A DNA stretch of 52,390 nt from a virus. Its lineage: Duplodnaviria; Caudoviricetes. How positions within the stretch are numbered: position 1 is the stretch's first letter; the number at the start of each line of letters is the position of its first letter. The notes beneath the pieces were generated by a model that worked only from the letters and a program-made list of their open reading frames with translations, was not told the DNA's origin and did not search any database. The stretch is taken from positions 1 through 52,390 of the IMG/VR virus record IMGVR_UViG_3300033143_006241, one strand, 5' to 3'. A program made the translations under genes and the position numbers. Shown one piece after another: positions 8,716-18,104 of the stretch.

Positions 8716-9177
8716 TTATTTACCTGTCGATCCTAATTTTCCAGCGCCGCGTTCTGTTACATCTATTTCATCAATCTCTACTGGAATAAAGTGTATAACA
8801 GGTCTAAATATAATTTGAACATATTTACCAGGCAGTTCTAAATCAGGCCCATTAATATCATATTTTAACATCGCTGCTATAATAGTTCCGATGTAAGAAA
8901 AATCTATTATCCCAATATTATTAGCTAACATGTGACCTGTTTTTGATAAACTACTTCTTGCAACAAGATCTACATAATATCCTTTCGGTGGTCTAACAAT
9001 AACACCAGAATCATATAAAGAAACTTCCCCAAAGGAGCCTTTTCTTATTATTTTTAATTTTTTAATTAATGTAATATCATAACCACTGTCTGTATCATAG
9101 GCTAATGATGGTAATACAGCACCCTCAAGTAATTTACATTCAAACTTTTGATCCAAACCATATTTAAACTCTTCCAT
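8716..9177 (-). CDS. dut: dUTPase (trimeric type)
   Basis: DSGYD, RSS, GIIDFSYIG, ERG.G..GSTG motifs. Confidence 0.92.
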   Translation of the reverse strand: MEEFKYGLDQKFECKLLEGAVLPSLAYDTDSGYDITLIKKLKIIRKGSFGEVSLYDSGVIVRPPKGYYVDLVARSSLSKTGHMLANNIGIIDFSYIGTIIAAMLKYDINGPDLELPGKYVQIIFRPVIHFIPVEIDEIDVTERGAGKLGSTGK

Positions 9178-9197
9178 TTAAATCTCCATTTCTAAAT

Positions 9198-12100
9198 TTA
9201 TTTATTCCAATAACTATTTATACTAGATTCTGCTATCATATGAACATCTGTAAAAAAAGAATCCCAAGCATCTATAATAGATTTACTAAGGGTTTTTGCC
9301 ATATCTTGTGATTGATCTTTTTTTGTTTCTACTACAATTTCATCATGAACATTAAGAACTATATTAGCGTCATACCCATCTTTTATTATATTATTACTTA
9401 AATTAATAATTGATTGTTTAAGTACATCAGCATTGCTATTCGAAACCTTGAATCCATTTGCTATATACATATGGGGTTCATCGCCACTAACAAAATCATA
9501 CGTATCTTCTATACCAATATAATCTATTGACTTAACTACATCATAGAATTCAGATTCAGGCATTGTAATGTATGCATTTAATCCAAGCCCAAATCCGTCT
9601 ATAAAACTACCTGCATTGGTTACAAAATCATTTACAATAGACAACTGGTAATCCCCATTAACGCCTTTTTCTTTAAACGACATAACACCAACAGATAATA
9701 AAAGTTGTTGTATAGTAAAAGCTACAGTATCATTAGAACATAAAATAAATAAATCCTGTTTATCCTCACTAACCCTAGATCTACATCCTAAAAATCCAGA
9801 AACGAAAGCTTCCCTAATTTCTACAGGAGAATTTAAAATTGTTTCCATGTATCCTATTTTTCCTGTTTTATTATATAACATATAATACAATAATCTTTTT
9901 ACATTCTCATTGAAATTTATAAAAATTTTTGATCCTTTATTTACAAATTTTATAGAGCTATTCTTACTAAGATTACCAAAGGATCTAAAGTATTTAGCAC
10001 AAGCATCAACCAAAGTTTTAGTTATTACTTTATTTTTTATATAAAATAATTTTTGTCTGCTTTCAAAGTAACCACTGTCGTATAAACAACCAAGTATAAA
10101 ACCTAATTCTTTAGTTATATAACTATTTTTAGTTATTACTTTAAACCTACCTATGGCTTCACCTATACTAACAGGAAACCCTTCATGTTTACCAGTATAC
10201 ATTCTTACCGACTTACCTAATGTTTCTCCAAGAGCGCACATAGGATTAGAATCATACCTACCATTTTTAACCACTATTGGGTGATTAAAAGTTCCAGTTA
10301 AAGTAAAACCCATATCAGTAGTTAATTTATATACTTTTTGTTTACCTGAATATTTACCTACAGCTACTATGCTTCCATCTTTTCCACAAGAAAGAATGCG
10401 TTGTTTACCAACATTATCGCCAATAAATCCTGCTCCAAAAACATTAGTGTTAGCAACCAGACAGCCCTGGATGGGGCTGTTTTTTCCACAACGTTTTATA
10501 TGATTCAGTATATTTTTTCTTTCATCGCTGTTAACTTCTGACCCAGGAAAATTGTAATACCGCCTTCTTCCAGAAACGGTAACACTATACCCTTTGTTGA
10601 TAGCCATTTCTGCAGCCCCATCTAAGTAACTTTTTACTCTAGGATAAGCTCTAAAATAATCATTAATAAACTCTTCGGCTTTATCTTCAGAAATATCCAA
10701 ACGCTCAGCCAGCCCATACTTTGACATGCCGTAGCAATTATGTATAATAAACCCATTAGCTAAAAATAACTCTCTATTCTCAACAGATATATCATAAACA
10801 GCTTTAATACCTTTACTTTTTATTGAAACTATTGGAAGCGTAATTATATTATTATCATAAATAAATTTAAAAAAATCATCATATTTACTAAAATTTTTTA
10901 AATGTGTGTTATTAACATGATTTAATTTTATATCATTAGACAATAAATATTTAATAGTTTTACAAGGCTTAATGCTTTTCAATCTATTATTTTGGTTATT
11001 AATATTATAAAAAGGCATAATACCACTTATTGAACTAAAACATCTGTTATTTTTATAATTTGTAACAAATCCTATTTGTTTCATAAACAACTGTCTAGAA
11101 TTATCAGATACTATACTCAAATCATAAAACTTTTTTCCTGGATACCTTTTATCATAATGATATGTTATAGAGCTGATTATATTCATATTTAACAGTAATA
11201 ATTGTAAATCCTTTACTAATATATAAGATGTACTAGCATATCTTATCCTAACACCATTCTGGTTATTTGCAATAGAACCGTCTCCTTCCCAAGCCCATCT
11301 AATAAAGGACGTTTGTATATTTTTGGGACTCCTTTTTATACAATCTGGTATATGTATAGTAAGTGTTTTATTATTTCCTAGATTAAATAAACTTTTTACC
11401 CATCCAGATAACAAAACCGAAGTAATACTATATGTAATAGTTTTATCTTTTTTTTCTTTATATACACCTAAACGATCACCGAATAATTTATATAGAAGGG
11501 TATGTGTTTGTTTTAACATTTCTGGTTCTTTTTCTGATAAAGAAGCTCCAATACTTTCTGGATATTCTCTATTTTTTCTCGTAAAAGTGCTACCTTCAGC
11601 AACGAACAGCCCCAAAAAAGCTGCCCAATCTTCATCTAAAATTTTTGGCAAGTCAAGATGTTTATAATTACTATTTTTCTTAACAGAAAATTTATCAAAT
11701 TTATACATCTCGTTCGCAAACAAGTTAGACCCTGCTTTAAGACAAGCTTGATCTACATCTATATTTACATCTTTAAGCGCCTTATCTACATAATTACCAT
11801 CAATGTTTATTACTTTAATTGGGTGATCTTCTGTAACTTCTAAAGTATAGCCATACTTTGTTTTAATTTCGAATACTTCTTTTTTTCCTTTATATTGTTT
11901 ATCTATTATTCTATCTTTACCCATATCATGTGCAATAACATCATTAATACTAGAATTTTTTATTTCCTTTATTCCTTTATTTGTAAAAATTGTTGAATGA
12001 TTACAGATACATAAGCCGAAATTAAGACTCTTCGTATGAAGTCTATAATTTTTCTTATTAGGATCGTCATCTGGAAGTTTTTTATCAGTAACAACTTCTT

Positions 12101-13343
12101 CTTCTGTTAAACCATACACATCACAAGCAGTAACTGTATGTAAATCTTTTCCTTGCCTATATGCTTCAATAAATATAGGATCTTTAGATAAACAAGCCAA
12201 TATACGAAGTTCTGCCTGTGACATATCACTAGTAACCATATCATATCCAGGTTTAGCTATAAAACAAGATCTAAAAGAAGTCTGTCCTGGCATTTGTTGT
12301 AAATTGGGATTACTACAACTAAGTCTACCAGTACGTACCATTTGTCTATATGATGGGTGAAGTCTTCCTGTTATTGGATTTATTTTTTTAAGTATGGTTT
12401 CTCCAAAACTACTTAAAAGTTTTTCTAGCTGCCTATATTGAAGCAGCATTGGTATTGCTTCATGTGCCTTTTTAACTTTAGTTAAAGATCCAACAGCGGT
12501 ATCCTCCAACTGTAAACCAAGATTTCTTAAACAAGAAAGAACTTGAGCATTGCTAGCTAAATTTATAGCAGGAACACCAAACAAACCTTGTTGATTTATT
12601 CCTCTCGCTAACATTGGTAAAATATCGCTAGTAAGTTGCTTTAATTTTGTTTCAGAATCCTCTATTAATGCTTTCCACCCATCTTTGTCTAACAAAACAC
12701 CAGCCAATTCCATATCAGCCATACACGGTGCAAATTCAAACTCTAGTTTACATACCCTATTTAACCCTTGACTTGATATTGTTGGAGTTTGTGCTTTAAC
12801 TATACCAAACAAACACATAGCGTCGTGTGCAGCATACTGTATTTGTCTGTTTGTTAACTCTTTGTTTCCAATACCACAAAATCCTTTTGCTACATCTTTT
12901 TCAATTTGATAATTTAAATATTTATAAACTAAGTATTTTAAATTAGCTGGAGAATTAAGCCCCAAAGTAATACATCTCTCTGCTATCATTGTATCATATA
13001 TTCTTTTCGTTTTTATACCATAATTAGATTTAAGCATCTTATAATCAAACACAACGTTCTGGAATATATGTAAAAATCTATCATCTTCTAAAATAACTTT
13101 AAACAGTTCGCCTGGTATATAGCGAAAATCATATACAAAGACTCTACCGTTTGGTAAGGCTAACTGTAATAAAACAATTTTATCTTCAAATGGATTTAAT
13201 CCGGTGGTCTCTGTATCAATACCAATAGCATTAAACTTATCAAAGTATTCAAAAGTTTTAAATGCTTCTTCTGTTGTTTTTATGTATTTATAATCTAATT
13301 TAAACGGTAAATTATAAAAAGTTGTATCAGTAGAATCAAACAT
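9198..13343 (-). CDS. polA: family A DNA polymerase with 3'-5' exonuclease and two inteins (spliced product ~614 aa)
   Basis: DTETTG (ExoI), YAAHD (ExoIII), TGRLSCSNPNLQQ, DMSQAELR (motif A), KSLNFGL|CYG (motif B, split by an intein), NSPIQG|SNAD, VHDEI (motif C). Confidence 0.95.
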   Translation of the reverse strand: MFDSTDTTFYNLPFKLDYKYIKTTEEAFKTFEYFDKFNAIGIDTETTGLNPFEDKIVLLQLALPNGRVFVYDFRYIPGELFKVILEDDRFLHIFQNVVFDYKMLKSNYGIKTKRIYDTMIAERCITLGLNSPANLKYLVYKYLNYQIEKDVAKGFCGIGNKELTNRQIQYAAHDAMCLFGIVKAQTPTISSQGLNRVCKLEFEFAPCMADMELAGVLLDKDGWKALIEDSETKLKQLTSDILPMLARGINQQGLFGVPAINLASNAQVLSCLRNLGLQLEDTAVGSLTKVKKAHEAIPMLLQYRQLEKLLSSFGETILKKINPITGRLHPSYRQMVRTGRLSCSNPNLQQMPGQTSFRSCFIAKPGYDMVTSDMSQAELRILACLSKDPIFIEAYRQGKDLHTVTACDVYGLTEEEVVTDKKLPDDDPNKKNYRLHTKSLNFGLCICNHSTIFTNKGIKEIKNSSINDVIAHDMGKDRIIDKQYKGKKEVFEIKTKYGYTLEVTEDHPIKVINIDGNYVDKALKDVNIDVDQACLKAGSNLFANEMYKFDKFSVKKNSNYKHLDLPKILDEDWAAFLGLFVAEGSTFTRKNREYPESIGASLSEKEPEMLKQTHTLLYKLFGDRLGVYKEKKDKTITYSITSVLLSGWVKSLFNLGNNKTLTIHIPDCIKRSPKNIQTSFIRWAWEGDGSIANNQNGVRIRYASTSYILVKDLQLLLLNMNIISSITYHYDKRYPGKKFYDLSIVSDNSRQLFMKQIGFVTNYKNNRCFSSISGIMPFYNINNQNNRLKSIKPCKTIKYLLSNDIKLNHVNNTHLKNFSKYDDFFKFIYDNNIITLPIVSIKSKGIKAVYDISVENRELFLANGFIIHNCYGMSKYGLAERLDISEDKAEEFINDYFRAYPRVKSYLDGAAEMAINKGYSVTVSGRRRYYNFPGSEVNSDERKNILNHIKRCGKNSPIQGCLVANTNVFGAGFIGDNVGKQRILSCGKDGSIVAVGKYSGKQKVYKLTTDMGFTLTGTFNHPIVVKNGRYDSNPMCALGETLGKSVRMYTGKHEGFPVSIGEAIGRFKVITKNSYITKELGFILGCLYDSGYFESRQKLFYIKNKVITKTLVDACAKYFRSFGNLSKNSSIKFVNKGSKIFINFNENVKRLLYYMLYNKTGKIGYMETILNSPVEIREAFVSGFLGCRSRVSEDKQDLFILCSNDTVAFTIQQLLLSVGVMSFKEKGVNGDYQLSIVNDFVTNAGSFIDGFGLGLNAYITMPESEFYDVVKSIDYIGIEDTYDFVSGDEPHMYIANGFKVSNSNADVLKQSIINLSNNIIKDGYDANIVLNVHDEIVVETKKDQSQDMAKTLSKSIIDAWDSFFTDVHMIAESSINSYWNK
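9438..10463 (-). mobile_element. intein 2 in PolA (342 aa) with a degenerate LAGLIDADG domain
   Basis: Starts CLVANTNV, block B T.NHP, ends TYDF...YIANGFKVSN with Ser at +1; splicing restores NSPIQGSNAD. Confidence 0.88.
10737..12011 (-). mobile_element. intein 1 in PolA motif B with LAGLIDADG endonuclease (425 aa)
   Basis: Starts CICNHSTIFT, ends VYDISV...FLANGFIIHN with Cys at +1; contains FLGLFVAEGS and FIRWAWEGDGS. Confidence 0.93.
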
Positions 13344-13362
13344 GTGTTTCCTTTAATTTTAG

Positions 13363-14388
13363 TTATTTTAAATAGGTTGTTGCTTTAAATATATCGTTTA
13401 CAAATACACCCTTTGTAGGATCATCGATATTTGATGAAAGAACATCTATGATATAAGATATTCTTGTTGCCTCTTTATAGTTTGTTTTTCCTACTCGTAG
13501 AAGTACAGCACCAAAATAATTTATTAAACCCTTTCTCGCTAAATCACAATCAACATATGAGTATTTATTTATAATATTAAAAGAATCCTTACTATCTCTA
13601 GCCATAATTGCTTTAAATAAATGCTTGATATCATATTGTTGTACTATCTCAGTACCTAATAGTTCTGCAGCTTCTTTAATATCTTTTATATCTGCCAGTA
13701 AAATTTTTTGTAAATTTACTACTAACTTTCTTGCGCTCCCGTCAGCTAGTTCAATTAAAGCTCTTACTATATCTTCGTTTAAATCTTGACCTTCTATAGC
13801 TAGAACATCTTTTACTATCCCATTTAATTCTTCTTCAGTTAATTTTTCAAAATGAAAATCGTAACACCTTTCTAATAATGTTGGTATTAAATTTTCCATA
13901 CTTGTTGTACAAAAAATAATATAAATATTCTCGGGCGTATCTTCTAGTGCTTTCAGTATAGCATTTTGTCCTTGTTTTGATAGAGCGTGGCATTCATCTA
14001 AGACATAAACTTTATTGTTAAGATACATTGGAGATAACTTAAAAGTTTCAATCAATGATCTAATGTTATCTACTCCTGTTTTATCTGCTACATTAATCTC
14101 TTTGTAGTCGGGTGATGAGCCTGAAAAAACAGATCTACAAGCATCGCAAACCCCACAAGGTGATAAGGATACACCCTTCTCACAATTCAACCCTGCTGCT
14201 ATTATTCTAGCTAAAGTTGTTTTACCTACACCTCTTTGTCCATAAAACATTAATATGTGCGGTAACATTCTATTATCCATACTATTTATTAAAAACTTTT
14301 TTATAGAAGTATGACCAACAACATACTCAATATCTCTTGGCCTATAAACATTTTTGTACTCTCCGATAGACGCGTATTTCATAATCAT
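13363..14388 (-). CDS. dnaX: DNA polymerase III gamma/tau-like clamp loader subunit
   Basis: YRP..I..VVG, GQRGVGKTTLAR, C...PCGVCDAC, LDECH.LS....NA.LK.LED. Confidence 0.92.
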   Translation of the reverse strand: MIMKYASIGEYKNVYRPRDIEYVVGHTSIKKFLINSMDNRMLPHILMFYGQRGVGKTTLARIIAAGLNCEKGVSLSPCGVCDACRSVFSGSSPDYKEINVADKTGVDNIRSLIETFKLSPMYLNNKVYVLDECHALSKQGQNAILKALEDTPENIYIIFCTTSMENLIPTLLERCYDFHFEKLTEEELNGIVKDVLAIEGQDLNEDIVRALIELADGSARKLVVNLQKILLADIKDIKEAAELLGTEIVQQYDIKHLFKAIMARDSKDSFNIINKYSYVDCDLARKGLINYFGAVLLRVGKTNYKEATRISYIIDVLSSNIDDPTKGVFVNDIFKATTYLK

Positions 14389-14419
14389 AAGATAAATCCT
14401 CTACTTTCTACTTTACATA

Positions 14420-14436
14420 TGCAAAAACTATACCAT
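14420..14436 (-). promoter_or_regulatory. sigma-54-type promoter upstream of dnaX
   Basis: ATGGTATAGTTTTTGCA. Confidence 0.7.
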
Positions 14437-14930
14437 TATTTATAAAATTTATATCTAATAGTCATTTCTTCACTTAAAATTTTGTATAATCTATAAATAA
14501 CACCATTACCGCCAGCAACAGGTAAAATTGTTGCTACATCTTTAACCTCTTCAAACGCATCAACTGGACAAAATGGGTAAGATACAAGCCTAATACATGG
14601 CAAATCTAACAAGTCGTCACCTACATAAATACATTCGTCAGGTGTAATACTTCTTTCCATTAATATTTTTTTTAATATTTTCTTTTTATCAACAGAACAA
14701 TAAAACTTAAACCCTTTTTGTTTAAACACATTACGATTTATATATTCCTCACTAGATATAATAACTACATTAAAAAATTCACGAAGTTTAGATAAAGCCA
14801 TAAAATCCTTATCTAAAAAGTCTTTAGATACAATACTACCTGTACGGTCATATGTTCCCCTACCACTAGTAAATATCCCATCCACATTTGAAACTATTAA
14901 TTTTATATTTGAATATTTTGTTTTATCCAT
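14436..14930 (-). CDS. KdsC/YrbI-like HAD protein with a degenerate motif I
   Basis: LIVSNVDGIFT.G, YVGDDLLD, P.DA..EV, GG.G. Confidence 0.8.
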   Translation of the reverse strand: MDKTKYSNIKLIVSNVDGIFTSGRGTYDRTGSIVSKDFLDKDFMALSKLREFFNVVIISSEEYINRNVFKQKGFKFYCSVDKKKILKKILMERSITPDECIYVGDDLLDLPCIRLVSYPFCPVDAFEEVKDVATILPVAGGNGVIYRLYKILSEEMTIRYKFYK

Positions 14931-15268
14931 TAGGTTTTTAAACCCTTCAAAATAGAATAATTAAGCAAAGAGCAGGTTTTAAGATTGGTTAAAATATCTT
15001 CATCCTCAATCTTGCAATAATATCCCCAGGCATTGACTACAGATTCTGTTACTTCATATTCTTTTATTGTTTTTTTATTTTTAAGCCACATATAACACAT
15101 AAATTTGCCATCTTCTGTATCAAAAAAAACGGTTATAATTTTTAATTGTTTGTTATCATTTATAAATTCTTTGACATTTTTTGCATCTATGACAGAAGAT
15201 TTAACTAAATCATCAGCAAATTCATTTAAATCATTATATAAAACTAGATTCATGTTTTGACCTCCCAC
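14930..15268 (-). CDS. hypothetical protein
   Basis: 112-aa ORF; the true start may be the internal ATG (MNLVLY) after GGAGG. Confidence 0.6.
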   Translation of the reverse strand: MGGQNMNLVLYNDLNEFADDLVKSSVIDAKNVKEFINDNKQLKIITVFFDTEDGKFMCYMWLKNKKTIKEYEVTESVVNAWGYYCKIEDEDILTNLKTCSLLNYSILKGLKT

Positions 15269-15274
15269 TCAGAA

Positions 15275-15655
15275 TTAAACTTGCCAACGTGCTTTAGTTC
15301 CACGTATATCGTAATGAACAAAACTTCTATATAAACCTAAACCACCTTGTTTCATTTTACCTGTTCTTATCAGTCCCTCTATTATTGTATGTAAACATGT
15401 TGGATAAATTCTTCTGGTTCTTATATCCGCAGCTTTTGCGTACAAATGTTGGCTATTTTTTGACCCGCCAATTTTTTTGTTATAATCTTCTGTACGATAG
15501 CCGCTGTTCACGTATACAGGCACATTAACGAAGTCTCTAAGAACTTGTAAGTTTTCAACTAATTCTTTTATATTTTCCATATATTCTTCTGGAACCCAAA
15601 CACCGTTTTTACATGCAAAATCTTTTAATTGAAAATTTTTTGTTAACCTATTCAT
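15275..15655 (-). CDS. peptidase M15A (possible endolysin)
   Basis: SGYR...N..IGG...SQH....AADI and FVHYDIRG. Confidence 0.9.
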   Translation of the reverse strand: MNRLTKNFQLKDFACKNGVWVPEEYMENIKELVENLQVLRDFVNVPVYVNSGYRTEDYNKKIGGSKNSQHLYAKAADIRTRRIYPTCLHTIIEGLIRTGKMKQGGLGLYRSFVHYDIRGTKARWQV

Positions 15656-15682
15656 AATTATTCCTTTGATACTTTTTTATAG

Positions 15683-15880
15683 TTATTTTTCTTTTATAGG
15701 TTTTACGCCAGCTTTTAGTAGGTTTCTGTATACCCCGTGTGTCAAATATTTAGCACATCCGGCCATATTACTTGTAGGGTGTTTTAACCATACAGCGTGC
15801 CCTATGAATGGGTTTTTATATGTTTTTAATATCCAACCCTCTTCAATTAATTTTTGTGCTTCTTGCGTGTTTATTTTCAT
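15683..15880 (-). CDS. hypothetical protein
   Basis: The ORF-track GTG at 15928 lies inside a sigma-54 box, so ATG 15880 (MKINTQ) is preferred. Confidence 0.55.
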   Translation of the reverse strand: MKINTQEAQKLIEEGWILKTYKNPFIGHAVWLKHPTSNMAGCAKYLTHGVYRNLLKAGVKPIKEK

Positions 15881-15911
15881 TAGTTCTTCTCGATAATCTG
15901 CAAGTATTCTA

Positions 15912-15928
15912 TGCAATAACCATGCCAC
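15912..15928 (-). promoter_or_regulatory. sigma-54-type promoter
   Basis: GTGGCATGGTTATTGCA. Confidence 0.75.
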
Positions 15929-15941
15929 ATAAAAATAATTT

Positions 15942-16229
15942 TTATCTAAATTTTACAAAACTTTTGGCATAAAAAGAAGGTTCTATAGTAATAGACCACG
16001 TACTAACATTTCCACACTGATCTTCTACACCAATGCGATATACATTATCCCAAGGATTTTCTATTTTTTTAACATGTTTGTACCAATCACGTTTAACAAG
16101 TGCTTTAGCTGCTTGTTTTGGTGAATCTACTTCAAAAATTGTTTTACTTTTTTGTTTGTTTATTACAAACCAACATGTGTATTTCATATCAAACATCCTC
16201 AACAAAATTTCTTTTAAACCAATATACAC
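15942..16229 (-). CDS. hypothetical protein
   Basis: 95-aa ORF; start uncertain, possibly an internal ATG. Confidence 0.5.
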   Translation of the reverse strand: MYIGLKEILLRMFDMKYTCWFVINKQKSKTIFEVDSPKQAAKALVKRDWYKHVKKIENPWDNVYRIGVEDQCGNVSTWSITIEPSFYAKSFVKFR

Positions 16230-16240
16230 CTATCACAGTA

Positions 16241-16257
16241 CGCAATATTTATGCCAA
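16241..16257 (-). promoter_or_regulatory. sigma-54-type promoter
   Basis: TTGGCATAAATATTGCG, overlapping the stop codon of the RmlD-like gene. Confidence 0.7.
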
Positions 16258-17055
16258 ATGAAATTTTTTCATTTCTTCGATTTGTTGTTTTAATTCTGGT
16301 ATAACTATTTTAATATCATTACGTGAAGAAGATAAAGTTCTATCACATTTTATTTCTGTCTCATACAGAATTACTTTGATATTTAAATTATATATATAAG
16401 ATATTAGATTAACCAATTCACGTTTATTTACACTGGTAGGAGAAAATATATGTTTTATACCTTTCCAATACATTTTGTTTTCTACCACATACTCACAAAC
16501 TTTAGCAAACTGTAAACAAGTAATACCATTCCAAAAATGATTAGTATATCCTTTAACTTCCTTATTTTTATTAGATTTTATCCATTCTACTAAAGACCTT
16601 GCTTGTTTAATTTCTTCACCTATAATTGAAGTTCTTATAACAGTAGCATTTTCTGGTTCACCCAAAGATTTAGTAACTCCATAAATATCAGTAGCATCAT
16701 GTTTACAATGTTCGTTGTAATTACCTTGTAACCCCGTCCAAACACAATCAGTAGAAATTTGAAGCAAATTACAACTAATTTTCTCACACGCATTAGCTAA
16801 TATATAAGGAAAAACAGAATTAACTTTTATAAATTCTAATTTATTTATATTTTTTCTTTGTTTTATAATACCCATACAGTTTATTATAACATCATCAGTA
16901 CTTAAATTTAAAAAATCTAAATCCTCTGCTTCTGCTATCTTAGAAGCATCTAGTTCTATTCTAGATAAACCAATTACATTATAGTTTTTAGATTTGAGAT
17001 ATATATATACATATCTACCTAACATTCCTGTATAACCTAACACAAAAATTTTCAT
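16249..17055 (-). CDS. RmlD-like NDP-4-keto-6-deoxysugar reductase
   Basis: GYTGMLG, ISTDCV, YGVTKSLGE, RTSIIG. Confidence 0.88.
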   Translation of the reverse strand: MKIFVLGYTGMLGRYVYIYLKSKNYNVIGLSRIELDASKIAEAEDLDFLNLSTDDVIINCMGIIKQRKNINKLEFIKVNSVFPYILANACEKISCNLLQISTDCVWTGLQGNYNEHCKHDATDIYGVTKSLGEPENATVIRTSIIGEEIKQARSLVEWIKSNKNKEVKGYTNHFWNGITCLQFAKVCEYVVENKMYWKGIKHIFSPTSVNKRELVNLISYIYNLNIKVILYETEIKCDRTLSSSRNDIKIVIPELKQQIEEMKKFHLA

Positions 17056-18053
17056 TTCTTTAAAAACCCACCCTTCATTAATAAATTATAAAGATACTTT
17101 TTATCTTTTATTTTATCCGCCGAAGAAAATTCTTTAAAAGAAACTTTCTTTAGAGAACTAATATTGGAGTAATCTCTGCCAATACTTAATTCTGGTAATA
17201 TAGTATAATAATCATCATTAAATATATAAGACCTGCAAGATTCATGCTCCGATATTAAAATTTCATGTAATTTTTCGCCTTCTCTTGTACCAATTTCTTC
17301 TATACTTGTATTTTCATTACCATAAAATTCAATTAAAACTTTAGCTAAATCAGAAATATAAAATGTAGGCATATGCATTACGAACGTTTCTCCACCAATG
17401 CTACTTTCAGTAGCTTGAAACAATAAAGATATAGCTTCGGATAAAGTTAAAAAAAACCTAGTCATTCTATTATCAGTAATTGTTATTTTGTTTGATTTTT
17501 TTATTTGTTCAATAAAAAAAGGAACTACGCTACCATTAGATCCTAAAACGTTTCCACCTCTAATACAAACGAAAGCAGTTTTATCTGTTAAGGTATTTGC
17601 TTGTATTATTAATTTTTCGCCCACAGCTTTTGTCATACCATATAAACTATTTGGGGCTACTGCTTTATCAGATGATACATCGATAACTTTTTTAACACCG
17701 TGTTTAATAGCTGCATTTATAATATTTATTGTACCATCTATATTTGTTTTTATAGATTCTTGTGGTTGATTCTCACAAACAGGCACATGTTTCAATGCCG
17801 CCAAATGGAAAACACAGTCTATGCCCCTACTAAACAGCCTATCTACGGCGTTAGCATCTCTAACATCACCAATGACATACTCAATACGCTTGTCATTAAA
17901 CTTTCTTTGCATGTTTACTTGAGCAAGCTCTCCACGTGAAAATATAATTATTTTTTTTGGTTGCTTATTAAGTAGTTGTTTTGTTAATTCTTGGCCCCAT
18001 GATCCAGTACCGCCTGTACAAAGTATTACAGAATTTTTAAATAAATCATTCAT
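17052..18053 (-). CDS. UDP-GlcNAc 4,6-dehydratase (FnlA/PseB/CapD family)
   Basis: TGGTGSWG, HLAALKHVP, SSDKAV, YGMTK, GNVLGSNGSV, GEKLHE. Confidence 0.92.
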   Translation of the reverse strand: MNDLFKNSVILCTGGTGSWGQELTKQLLNKQPKKIIIFSRGELAQVNMQRKFNDKRIEYVIGDVRDANAVDRLFSRGIDCVFHLAALKHVPVCENQPQESIKTNIDGTINIINAAIKHGVKKVIDVSSDKAVAPNSLYGMTKAVGEKLIIQANTLTDKTAFVCIRGGNVLGSNGSVVPFFIEQIKKSNKITITDNRMTRFFLTLSEAISLLFQATESSIGGETFVMHMPTFYISDLAKVLIEFYGNENTSIEEIGTREGEKLHEILISEHESCRSYIFNDDYYTILPELSIGRDYSNISSLKKVSFKEFSSADKIKDKKYLYNLLMKGGFLKK

Positions 18054-18104
18054 GTTTTTATATTTCCTATTTTATCTTTATAATATTCTTTCCAATAATT
18101 TCGG

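Noticed and set aside
5918-9177. A uracil-substituted or hypermodified genome
   Set aside because: UDG and dUTPase argue for normal thymine DNA, and no base hydroxymethylase was seen in the window; glycosylated DNA is not strictly excluded
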